This document shows, piece after piece, positions 53,230 to 64,000 of a DNA stretch of 64,000 nt. This stretch comes from Gordius albopunctatus. Taxonomy: Eukaryota. How positions within the stretch are numbered: the stretch's first letter is position 1; each line of letters opens with the position of its first letter. The translations under genes were made by a program, and so were the position numbers. The notes below the pieces were generated by a model. The model was not told the DNA's origin. It did not search any database and was given only the letters and a program-made list of their open reading frames with translations. The stretch spans positions 2,728,001 through 2,792,000 of the forward strand of contig OZ193909.1 in the NCBI GenBank assembly GCA_964276515.1, in the 5' to 3' direction.

Positions 53230-56200
53230 TAAAAGGTGATCCATCCAATCCCAACAACTACCGGGGCGTGGCTATCATTAACCTTGAATCAAAAATATTC
53301 ATCAAGGTTATTTGCAATCGAATTTACAGCGAGGTGGATGAAATAATTAAAAAAACAGGTTTTAGGAAGTACCGTACGACGACAGAGCATATAATAACTT
53401 TAAGGAACATAATGGATATTTCACGGACAAGCGGTTCCCCCCTAGTTCTTATGTTTTTAGACATCGCTAAAGCTTTTGATTCGCTGTGCCATCTATATAT
53501 TTGGGAAGCGCTATGCCTCTTAGGCTTGCCTAAGAAAATAATTCTCATGATCTTTCTACTCTATGAAAACATGAAACTAGTTATCTCCCACCTCCACCAC
53601 AAATCGAAACCCTTACCAGTAACATCTGGTGTCAGGCAAGGCTGTGAGCTGTCCCCTCTCCTCTTTATAATTGCGATGGATCTAATAATGAAGAGATCCA
53701 CACTTCCGACAGATGGTATCAAACTAAACGGCACTACTCTATCATCCCTGTTGTTCGCAGACGATATTTGTCTAGTGGCCCCTTCTATCTCCAAAGCACA
53801 ACTAATGTTAGACAGGTTCAGCATCCAAGCCAAGCAAGCAGAACTGCTTATAAACCCCGACAAATGCTCAATGATCTGCATAAACGATCCCTCGAACTCT
53901 ACTCTGGTAATCAACAACATCGTAATAAATGCATCTCAAAAAGTCCGATATTTGGGAGTGGAGCTTACTCCAGATACCTACGCCGAAGCGGATGCCGAAT
54001 CGAAGCTCCGTCGGACCATGGTCAAATTCTACTCTTGCTCCGTGATATGGCGCTCACGTTAACTGACGCTCCAGACGCGTTTGAGGATTTTCAAAGTCAC
54101 GATCCTACCAATCCTCCTATACTGTTGCGAATCTTAGTCGCTGAAGGGTCCTAGCTTAAAGAAGCTGCAAGTCAGTCTTAATAAAATGCTATGTATCGTT
54201 TGCCGGATATTTTATCCGTTGAGAATAACCAACGAGGATCTATGGGTGCGTTGCAAAATCGCTCCAATTAAAAATATTCTACTCGCGAGAAAATGGGGTT
54301 TTTTGGCACATCAAGTGCGGAGGAAGGGAACCAACTACTGTCTATCTTCCCTGTTCTGGTGACCACCCCAGCTAAAAGGTCGCAAAAGCAATGGCAGCTG
54401 GATTTACAAGGTGTTCCGCGATGTCCAAACAATGGGTCATGATTGGAATTGATTACTGCCCATCATGCAAGACAGGAAACGTTGGAAAGACTTCTCAAAG
54501 AACAAATTATTGCGGCTTTCCCAGTAAGGTTCTCCTCACGCACTATTCATTTACGACATAGCATTAAAGGCTTTACATTACTTTCAAGTCAACAGGTATT
54601 ACATATTTACATGTCATAATTACACTACATATTAATCATTTTTTTACAGCATACTTACGCACGTTATCAACACTACCTACGACGGTCCCAAGTCCGTGTG
54701 CAAAAAGTGGAGGGTTGGCGTCAGGTCGGAAACGGGCTATAAAAATCAACTCCAAGATTTATGATAGTTTCAAACGAGATTTTACAAGAAAAGGCTAGGC
54801 GTCCTCCACAAACGACGCGCACTGCATACCCAGCCCGTGCAATGTGAAAAATACACTAGGGTTACTGCATAACTCACAACGAAGGCGGTTAAGGAAACTA
54901 GTTGTGGAAAGAATGCGAATTACGTGCTGGAATGTGGGAACGTTGACGGGGAAGAGCATCGAGGTCGCACAGATGTTAAAAAGAAGAAAGGTACACATCG
55001 CCTGCCTACAAGAGACGAGGTGGAACGGAACGAAAGCTCGGGAATTAGGAGAAGGATACAAGCTTTTCTACAGTGGGTCACCAAATCGTAGAAACGGGGT
55101 CGGTATCTTTCTAAGCGAATCGTTCAAGGACAAGGTGGTGGAAGTCAAACGTTGTTCCGACAAGCTAATGTGGGTGAAGATTGCGGATCAAGGGGGCCTC
55201 CTAACCGTTATGTGCGCGTATGTTCCCCAAATTGGGTGTTCGGAATCAGAGAAAGACATATTCTTCGAATCATTGGAAAAGGAAATACAAGGAATCCGAC
55301 AGGAAGAAAGGCTAATTATTGGGGCCGATTTCAACGCTCACGTAGAGAAAGATCGCCTCGGGTATGAACGCAATCATGGAGGCTATGGGCATGATCTGAA
55401 GAACAAAGAAGGGGAAAAACTTCTCCAAGTATCCCAAGCATATGACATGGCGATCGTTAACACCCATTTTCAAAAGCGCGAAGATCATATTGTGACCTAT
55501 AGAAAGGGGAAGCATTTTAGTCAAATCGACTATTTGCTTATACGGCGAAAGGACTTATGGAGTATCAAGGATTGCAAAGTAATACCGGGAGAAGAAATCG
55601 CCAGGCAACACTGTCCTCTTGTTATGGATCTTGACAGAAGAGTATTTCCTGAAAGAAGAAAGGTATATGAACCTCGAATTCGATACGAAAGGCTAAAGGA
55701 TACGTCGACGAACGAAGAATACCATCAAAAAGCCTCCTCACTCTTGGGTGCAAGGAAGTTGCAAAGGGACGTAGACGAAGATTGTGAAACGCTATCTAAG
55801 GACATTAAGGAAACAGCGATTCGTGTTCTAGGACAGACCAAAGGAGGCAAAGCTATGAATAGGGAATTATGGTGGTGGGATCAATCGGTTAAAGATTTCA
55901 TCGAAATAAAGAAAAATCTATATAGACAGTGGCATAAATCAAAAAAGTCGGAGGATTATCAAGAGTACAGGGACGCAAAGGGGGCCGCAAAAAAGGCCGT
56001 TGCAAAAGCGAAGAATGCTGCGTACACCGAGATGACAAACAAACTGGATCATAAAGGGGGCGATAGGCTTATGTACGAATTGGCCAAGATAAGGGAGAAG
56101 AAAAGTCGAGATGTCGGAGTTCTTAAAAAAGTCAAAAGCGAGAAGGGTCAAACCTTATTCAAGGTGAAGGAAGTGATGGAAAGGATATTTTAAGAAACTT

Positions 56201-57853
56201 ATGAATATTGCAAATTACAAGGATTCCCTTCCCGAAATTGAGCCAAATATAAGTATGGTCGAACTCTTTCAGAAGGATGAAGTTCGGACACAAATGAACA
56301 AAATGCAAAAGGAAAAGCAAATGGCCCAGATGGAATACCTATGGAAGCATTGCTCGGATGTCGTGAAGAAGGAGTCACCACCATGACGAACCTCCTTAAC
56401 AAAATATTGGTAGAAGAGCGAATCCCTAATCAATTGAGAGCAAGCACGATTATACCCTTATTCAAAGGCAAAGGAGACCCTCAGGACTGCGGCAATTACA
56501 GAGGTATCAAGCTAACTTGCCACTCCTTGAAGCTTATGGAAAGAATCTTAGTAACAAGGCTGAAAAACGAGGTGGAAATATCGGCTAATCAATTCGGATT
56601 CGTGGCCGGCAAATCCACAATCGACCCAATCTTCGCCCTAAGACAAATGATGGATAAAGAGGAAAGACCGTCATATGGTTTTTATCGACTTGGATAAAGC
56701 TTATGACACGGTCCCCCGCGATTTAATATGGTGGTGCCTGAGGAAACAAAATATCCCTGACGCATATATACGGCTTATGAAAAATATCTATGAAGCCTCA
56801 AACTCTTGCGTTAGGACGACAGTTGGAGACTCTAAACCTTTTCGGGTTAATATTGGATTACATCAAGGCTCTGCTTTAAGTCCCTTTTTATTTAATATAA
56901 TTATAGACACGATAACGAGGGACTTTCAAAACCCATCGCCATGGTGTATGCTATATGCCGATGATATAGTACTATGCGAGTAAACAAGGGAGAAGGTATT
57001 CGAAGAAGCAGAAAAGTGGTCAAAGCGCTTAGCTGGATATGGTTTAAAGGTCAACGATCGAAAAACGGTATACATTGAAATAAACGGTACAAGCACCCCA
57101 TCGCTGGATGACCACCTAAAGTACCCAAAAGTAGACAGCTTTACTTACCTCGGCTCTATGCTACATCAAGAGGGAGGTTGCGCAACTGAAATCAATGCCC
57201 GGATCCAAAAAGGATGGCTTAAATGGCGAAGTATATCCGGTGTAATGTGCGACAAGGAAATGCCAATATGGTTGAAGAGCAAAGCTTACAAATCCATCGT
57301 AAGACCGGTGTTACTCTATGGAAGTGAAACATGGGCATTAAACACCACGGAAAGAAAGCTATTACAAGCCACGGAGATGAGAATGATACGGTGGAGCTTG
57401 GGGTATACTAAGCTCGACCATATGACGAATGACTTTCTCATGACAAAAATGGGTATTCAACCTATGGCGGACATGATTAACGAAAATCGGCTAAGGTGGT
57501 ATGGGCATATACTAAGAAGGGACCCGGATGACGTAAATCGAAAAGTGCTAGACATGAAAATACCTGGGAAGAGAGGAAGAGGACGACCCCGTGTCACGTG
57601 GAAAAGGCAAGTCGATAAAGTTATGGAAACTAAAGAGATTAGTCAAGACATGGCACTAACCCGGTCAAGATGGAAGAGACTCATCAAAACAAACCCCACC
57701 AATGTGGGACCAAATAACTTATAAAGAAGAAGAAGAAGACTTACGCACGTTATCACTAACGTGGCCTGATGCGCCGTTTGGCGTTAGAAGGGGCTCAACC
57801 TTAGATTGCACTAACTAAGCTCTTGGGCGTCTTCGCGGCAAACTTACTTACTT
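53230..57853 (+). mobile_element. APE-type LINE (RTE/RTEX-like, family D) 3' half; its 3' UTR is split by the RTE at 54670 and ends in (CTTA)n
   Basis: RT ORF 53211-54062 (NYRG, FLDIAKAFD, GVRQGCELSP, LFADD); decayed C-terminus to ~54527. The presumed 3' UTR resumes after 57755 and ends ACTTACTTACTTA. Confidence 0.75.
54670..57738 (+). mobile_element. Full-length RTE LINE (family A), young, with a few frameshifts/stops
   Basis: 17-bp TSD ACTTACGCACGTTATCA (54653-54669, 57739-57755); APE ORF 54844-56193; RT pieces to 57724 (YADD); (AAG)n tail. Confidence 0.97.
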
Positions 57854-58004
57854 AGATACAATCTAAAATACATAAAATTCATACAATTATCCCTCTTTGT
57901 CCATAAAAGAACTATTAAAAAATACAAGGTGTGTATATCACAGAATACTATAGATAGGGGAATGAAATAAAAGAGACTAATATTTTCGAATACTAATATA
58001 AACT

Positions 58005-58468
58005 TACTACATGAACCCGGCAAACGTTGTTTTGCCATTTACCCGGGTGTATTAGATACATACTAAGTGTTCAAAAGGCATTTCAAGAAGATGCCTATTG
58101 AGGAGGGCTTCCCCAAGTGAATTTATAAACTTAAATTTTTTAGGATGCTTCGCAATAAAATATGCAAATTGCTTTCCTTGTTTTGTTTATGAGACCTTGT
58201 ATGAGACAAAAGGTAAAAGAGTCAAGAGGTTGATTCAAAGGAGATATTGGATAAACAAAGGCATAACTTCTTTCTGATAAATATATGTATATGGTTCCAT
58301 CCGCATCCGGTTGATCAACAATATTAAACCTTTATTCATTTTGTAAGATTATGATTTTCTAATTAATCCAGAAATGATTATACTCTATATTTATAAAATT
58401 AATGATATGCTTGTTTATTGATATGTTGATAATTTTTTAATTTGATATTCATATAGATTTATATACAA
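58005..58468 (+). mobile_element. Possible non-autonomous Helitron/Helentron-type element
   Basis: 5' ACCCGGCAAACGTTGTTTTGCC and 3' ATATAGAT resemble termini of invertebrate non-autonomous Helitrons as recalled; no coding sequence. Confidence 0.4.
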
Positions 58469-58471
58469 TTT
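58343..58471. repeat. Left copy of a 126-129-bp target-site duplication
   Basis: Identical to 60246-60374 except one A/G mismatch. Confidence 0.95.
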
Positions 58472-60245
58472 TTTTTTTGTTAAAAAGTTTATTTTCAAGA
58501 AACAAAGTTACATTAATAAGCGAAATACAAAAATAAAGACATATTGGTTAAATACAAAGATTTATATCATCCTCTTCTAAAATGGGCCATGAGTCGGCAA
58601 ATGGTTTAAAGTTGTATCGTGCAACAAGAATCCCTAGTTGTTGCCTGAGTAAAAAGGACGCAGAAATTTTAGATTTCGGGGTGCGTTTTCCGATTTCTTT
58701 AAAAAACCCCATTGCCTGTTTGCCAAAGGAACCAGAGCACGTGGCAACGACAGGGATAAAAATATTGGATGCCAAAAGGGCAGAATACTTTGTAGTTTTA
58801 CGCCCTTCTTCTGTAGCGATAGGGTCGTAATTAAAATGGGAAGGTGCAAAAAGGTCAATACAAGTAAAATCCCATTTGAGGGATAGGCCATTTTGCCAGG
58901 GGACTAGAGAAGAGCCGTCAGGGCGCATCCTACCTTCAAGAGAGGGATCTGACGGCTCAAGGATTGAGGGGATTTTGGCCTTTTTAAGGGCAGCTTGAAT
59001 TAATAAATTAGCTTTAGTGTGCCTAACGTACTTATATTTGTTTGCTAGGCAGTGTAGAGGGTGCCTAGCATATTCGTCTACAACGGTAAGGCAGTTTTGA
59101 CAGTTGAATTCTCTGCTGTAACTAATCCCCAACCTTAAAGCTATGGAATATGATAGCTCAAAGTCTTCAAGCAGCATTCCCAAAAGTTTGCTGGGATAGG
59201 CTTCAAGCCACTCGTGACCGGAACCGTCAAAAGCGAGGGACCTAAGGTTGTAATGCTGGCTATCATCGCTGCTCGATAAGAGGTAATCAACGGAGCGCGA
59301 TACTAGTCCAGAATCCCAATCCTTTTGTCTCGTACTTTGAGGTTGGATGGTCTCGGGTGTGACATTCAAAATCCAAAGCTCCAAGGCTTGAGTTAGCAGG
59401 GGGTCGGAATCATGTTTTATGAGATTAAAAATTAAGTTTTGGACCGACTCAAAACAGGAAATAAAAGCGGCTAGCGATATGCTGCCGGGAGGGCGAATTC
59501 CTAATCCTCCAGATTTGGTTGGGAGGGATGCTTGAATCCAATTGTTAGTATTAAATTTTAAATTTAAAATTTTTTCTAATAACGTTTTTAAAAAGCCTTC
59601 GTACGACTTTAAAACGTCTAGGTGTAAAAATGCGCCAGATGAGCGAAAACAATAATTAATCTTTGAGATGTTAAAATAGTTTTTGATTATGTAAAATGAG
59701 TGATGCGCTGGCAAGCATTTTAAAAGTTCCGTTTTAGATTTTAAAATTTCAAGGTTCTTATGAAGAAAATTTAGGAGAGATTTTTCACCGCCAATGGGTG
59801 ATCCCAAAAGGGATATGTTTTCCTTCTCTAAAACTAAAAAAGGTTTAAAAATTGGAAAGTCAATAGTGTTGGGGGCCTGAAAGATTTCACATTTTTTCGA
59901 GTTTAATGTAAAATTCAGAGTGGGTTTAAAATTGCTGATAATTTGTATAGCTTTACTGATCTCCTCCGGGCGGCCACATAGGGTGGCGTCGTCGAGATAG
60001 CAACATTTAAATCCAGAATACACTGAGATGATATAGCCTCGACTAAATTATGAATGGCTAAACAAAACAAAGGAGGACCTAATGGGTCTCCTTTTTGGAT
60101 GCCTTCGGACGAGTCAATGACGTATTCGCCGAATCGAAGCTTGGTTGTAGAACCATAGCTTAATAAAATGTAATTTACGAATTGTGGGAATTCAGCTAAA
60201 AAAGTGTTAATAAGGGTTTCTCTTCGAATGCAGTTAAAAGCATTG
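58469..60245 (-). mobile_element. CRE-clade non-LTR retrotransposon, 5'-truncated within RT, young
   Basis: TNAFN..GIQKGDPLGP, then a frameshift near 60000, then YLDD, SLPTKSGGLGI, CQNC..HPLHC, RH, RPDG..PWQNG..WDFTCID; stop at 58548; poly(A) is the T10 at 58469-58478. Confidence 0.95.
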
Positions 60246-60374
60246 GTAAGATTATGATTTTCTAATTAATCCAGAAATGATTATACTCTATATTTATGAA
60301 ATTAATGATATGCTTGTTTATTGATATGTTGATAATTTTTTAATTTGATATTCATATAGATTTATATACAATTT
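60246..60374. repeat. Right copy of a 126-129-bp target-site duplication
   Basis: Starts immediately at the 5' truncation point of the CRE RT. Confidence 0.95.
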
Positions 60375-62183
60375 ACAAAAATAATGTTTTATATCTACTT
60401 TTATTAATTATATACTAATGGACCCAAAACTTAACCTAATACCAATGAAAACATTTTAAATTAACTGATTTTCAAATTTCTATCTTGCAAACCTATCAGA
60501 CCAAAGGTATTTTTGGCAAAATAATTTGATAAAAAGGTTAAGTTTTAATTTCTTTATCTTGAACATTTTGTTGCACAAACTCATTGTATATATATTCAAA
60601 TTCATTTTTAACTCTAAAACTTTTAAAAACAATTTTTTTTCCAAATAAATTATAATTTAAATTTGCTAACTCTAAATTTTAAAGCAAAGGTTCAGATCAT
60701 ATAACAAATACTAAATTATTAAGACATTATAAATTTTGTTATTTTTAAACCTTCAAGATTTTTGTCTATAAAGACCATTTACCAATTTCTGCTTTGCTGT
60801 TACTTAGCTATTTATATCATACATATAACTAAATTTTAATATCCCAAAATCAAATTTCTGTCAATTTTTAAAATGGACTCATATTTGATGGTGATTAAGC
60901 CTCAACTTGTAATGTTTTACCAGGATTATTAATCTTTTTATTTACTTATTGTATATACTTTTGTTTATTTTAACTCTTGTGTCTACTACTACAATATAAA
61001 TAGATATTGTTGACTACTATTGCTCTAAGCTTGGAAGATTGAACCTACTAGACAATCCCTCAAATGCTCTTAAATATGATTTTAATATTGGGTTACTAAT
61101 AATAAAATGGCTTAAACTTCCCATCGCATCTTATGCAGAGTAAGGTTTCTTATAAAAAGCTAAGTGACCTTTTCCCTTTTAACCCTTATTTCTAAATTTT
61201 TATTTTTCTCTCCCTCCTGTTTAAATAAAAAATAGCCTGATGCATGAGACCCACTAGCGCAGTGCAGTCGGAAATGCAACCCCCCTGACAATCCTTTATT
61301 TATAATATTATACTATAGTTATATAAAATGGTGTTTCAATTTATTTTTGTATTGATCATAAGTTTATTATTTCTTTAACTACCTATTTTCCTAAAAACTT
61401 AAGTGAACTTACAATATATAGAACGTCAAACAACGTGTGTTTTTTTCTGACCACCTTTTTACAAGTTTTTGCAACCTATAAATCAGTCATTTTTAAAGAT
61501 TTGTTTTTGCAAATTAGTTGTCAATTTTAAATAAAGGGCTAGGCAAGCCTTTCTCTTGTTATTTATCTTTAATTTATTTATTTGATTAACCATTAATTTA
61601 TCATATTCTTCCTTCTGTCTATATATTTCTAGTTTCTCGAATTTTTGAGCCCACAGGCACATATTTATACCATGATTATAACATTATACTCAACAACTTA
61701 ATTAGAAATAAAGAAACTGCTAAGCATTGAGTAACTCGTATATAGAAGGAATACTCTAGAGCTCCCTCGTCTATAGGCTTAAACTTTAGTAATGATTCTA
61801 TCCCGCCTAAATTTTGATCTTGCGAGTCTGGCTTTACTTAAATTATTCGGACTAGTCATCCCCCACCCCCCCCCCCCGCCCTCACAGTCCTGAATACACT
61901 TCTTTAGACATTATCGGTATACGCCTATCTATACAATTTTCACGGCTCTCACCCCCTCCCACACAGCAAGCCACGTCGCTCCCAGGTGATTTAGGCGTCT
62001 TACTAAATATCCTTTAAAGAATTGTCTTCATTTAACAGCCTTATATGCCACCGTCGCTTAAAAAATATCTTTAAAACCCCTGGTCTTAACAAATTAGAAA
62101 CAACCAACTCCGTGCTCTCATCTCTACTAGGCTAGAAATTATACTTTCTACTTAAAAACGAGTCCTACTATATTTCCTCAACT

Positions 62184-63370
62184 ATGCGCCTTAACATAGC
62201 TTCCCTGAATGTCCAATCGCTGAACGACCCTGGGATTTTACAGTCACTTACAACCTTCGCTGCCCTTAACAACTTTCAAATTTTCTGCCTTCAGCAGACC
62301 AGATATTCCCAGTGTATAAAAGTCCCCGTCAATGATTACCATTTTTACGCCTCAGAACGAGGAGATGAACCCGCATCCGGGGTGGGTATTTTCATTTAAA
62401 AAACGCTGAAAGTTAAAAGTATTAACTTTGTGAACAACCGCCTGATCATAGCCCACGTATTTATCAAAAACCGAATCCTTTCTATTTTCAATGTCTATGC
62501 TCCCCCTTCCTCAAAAAACTTTATCTCTGCGGAAAACTTCTTCCTTAACATACAACACGAAATGAATCTAAACTTTAAAGTATAAAAATAATTTTAGGAG
62601 ACTTCAATTCCTCCCTAACTCGTAACGCTAATGACAACCCCTCCTGCATAAAACCCAACTCTATTGGACCGACCAATAGAAACGGCAAAATGCTTAAAAA
62701 ATGGTGCGCCAAAATTTATGGTTTCTTCAACCTTCACCAATCTCCCCCTTGACAGTCTAATTACCTACCAAAAAAAACGAAAAACATCGCGGTACCCAAA
62801 TAGACCATATCTTATGCCAATTAAAACACCGCAGAATTATCAAACACTTTTGCACCATCCAACCAATCATAAAGACTGACCACTTCGTCATTGCGGCTGA
62901 AATCTTTATTACACCAGCCGCCCTCCACTCATTTAAAAGTATTCAAAACTACCCACCCAGCTCACGTTAAATAAAAGACACTGCTCAGCTAGCCACTAGA
63001 CTTCAATCAGATGTTAACCTACTTGGCAACTTAGATACGCTCCCGATCAACGAGCATAACACCTTATTAACAAACTTTTTTACCCCCAGGCACGACAAAA
63101 AATTACACGTCAATACCAAATCCTGGTTCTCGGAAGAAAGAATTACTCTGCTAGAATCCCGTTACAATGTCTTCAAAGACAAAACTCTTAAGGATAAAAA
63201 GCTGTGGATTAAAACACTTACGAAAAAGATAAAAGCCAGCATCAAGAAAGACAAGAAAAATTTCGTCTCTAACAAATTAAATGACGCCGAACAAGCTAAG
63301 CGTTCTAACAACACCTATTGCTTGTATAAAATACTAAAAACTCTAACCACGAAATTCTCCAATAAACACA
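62184..63370 (+). pseudogene. LINE APE endonuclease 5' fragment, decayed (possibly family D)
   Basis: IASLNVQSL, IFCLQQTR, GVGIF, NVYAP, ILGDFN, QIDHIL, TDH and PWF motifs across frameshifts. Confidence 0.85.
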
Positions 63371-63381
63371 ACTACCACTTG

Positions 63382-63908
63382 TTATGTTGTTTTATTACTT
63401 AAAGACTATCTAAATCAACATTTTTAGCATTTTAAAAGCAAAAACCTTACTATTTCAAGCAACAATAATTTTTCACAGACCTTTATGTTGTTTTATTACT
63501 TAAAGACAATCTATATCAACATTTGTAGCATTTTAAAAGCAAAAACAAAATTATTTCAAGCAATAGTCATTTTTCACAACCTATATGTTGTTTTATTATT
63601 TAAAGGGAACTATCTAAATCAAATTTTTTAGCATTTTAATAGCAAAAACCTATTATGTCAAGCAACAATCATTTTTCACAAATCTATATGTTGTTTTATT
63701 ACTAAAAGGGAACTATCTAAATCAATTTTTTAAATATTTTTAAGGCAAAAACATAAATATGTCAGGCAACAATCATTTTACACAAACTTATACGTTTTTT
63801 ACTTGAAAAGAACTATACAAATCAAAATTTTTAGCATTTTAAAAGCAAATCCCATATTATGTCTAGCAACAATCATTTTCACCGATTTATTTATTGTTTT
63901 ATTACTTG
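63382..63908. repeat. AT-rich tandem repeat, ~100-104-bp unit, ~5 copies
   Basis: Unit TATGTTGTTTTTATTACTT..CTATCTAAATCAA..TTTTAGCATTTTAAAAGCAAAAA..CAAGCAACAATCATTTTCACA repeated head-to-tail. Confidence 0.92.
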
Positions 63909-64000
63909 GAGGAATAGACACAGGGACAAGGATAGAATATCATGTAACATAAATATAAGTCAAAAAGTTGTAAATGCTAAAAAAATTTGAGAACAATAAC

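Noticed and set aside
57756..57800. CTGATG..GCC-GTTT-GGC..GAA as a hammerhead ribozyme
   Set aside because: The core lacks CUGANGA and GAAA in register; better explained as a simple stem-loop in a LINE 3' UTR.
58343..60374. Flanking direct repeats as LTRs
   Set aside because: No TG..CA ends, PBS or PPT. The insert has a poly(A) tail, 5' truncation and an RLE domain, and other family copies lack this flank sequence.
63382..63908. Regularly spaced repeats as a CRISPR array (also 24745-24920 and 36225-36396)
   Set aside because: Whole units are repeated with no unique spacers, there are no cas genes and the context is eukaryotic.

Overview
AT-rich, intron-containing eukaryotic (invertebrate animal-like) genomic DNA, mostly nested transposable elements with a few compact host genes. 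Host genes: a 5-exon RCL1 (RNA 3'-terminal phosphate cyclase-like), an intronless mitochondrial ribosomal protein L10, a 2-exon atypical bHLH factor and a predicted 4-exon orphan gene. Several introns are only 33-41 nt. Mobile DNA: degraded Ty3/gypsy elements (CsRn1 and Mag clades); an apparently intact 3.0-kb Hermes/Ac-like hAT transposon with perfect 8-bp TSD and an intron-split transposase; many hAT MITEs; a TA-flanked Tc1/mariner-type element; a TTAA-flanked piggyBac-type MITE; several RTE LINE families (one full-length copy with a 17-bp TSD); and six pieces of a CRE-clade (RT + restriction-like endonuclease) retrotransposon. Main observations: (i) two independent insertions of the CRE-like family are each flanked by a ~122-129-bp direct duplication of target DNA, i.e. 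very long TSDs at unrelated sites; (ii) two RTE families with divergent ORFs share a highly similar structured ~330-nt 5' leader that ends at the start codon. All calls come from reading the sequence by eye; no database searches were run.
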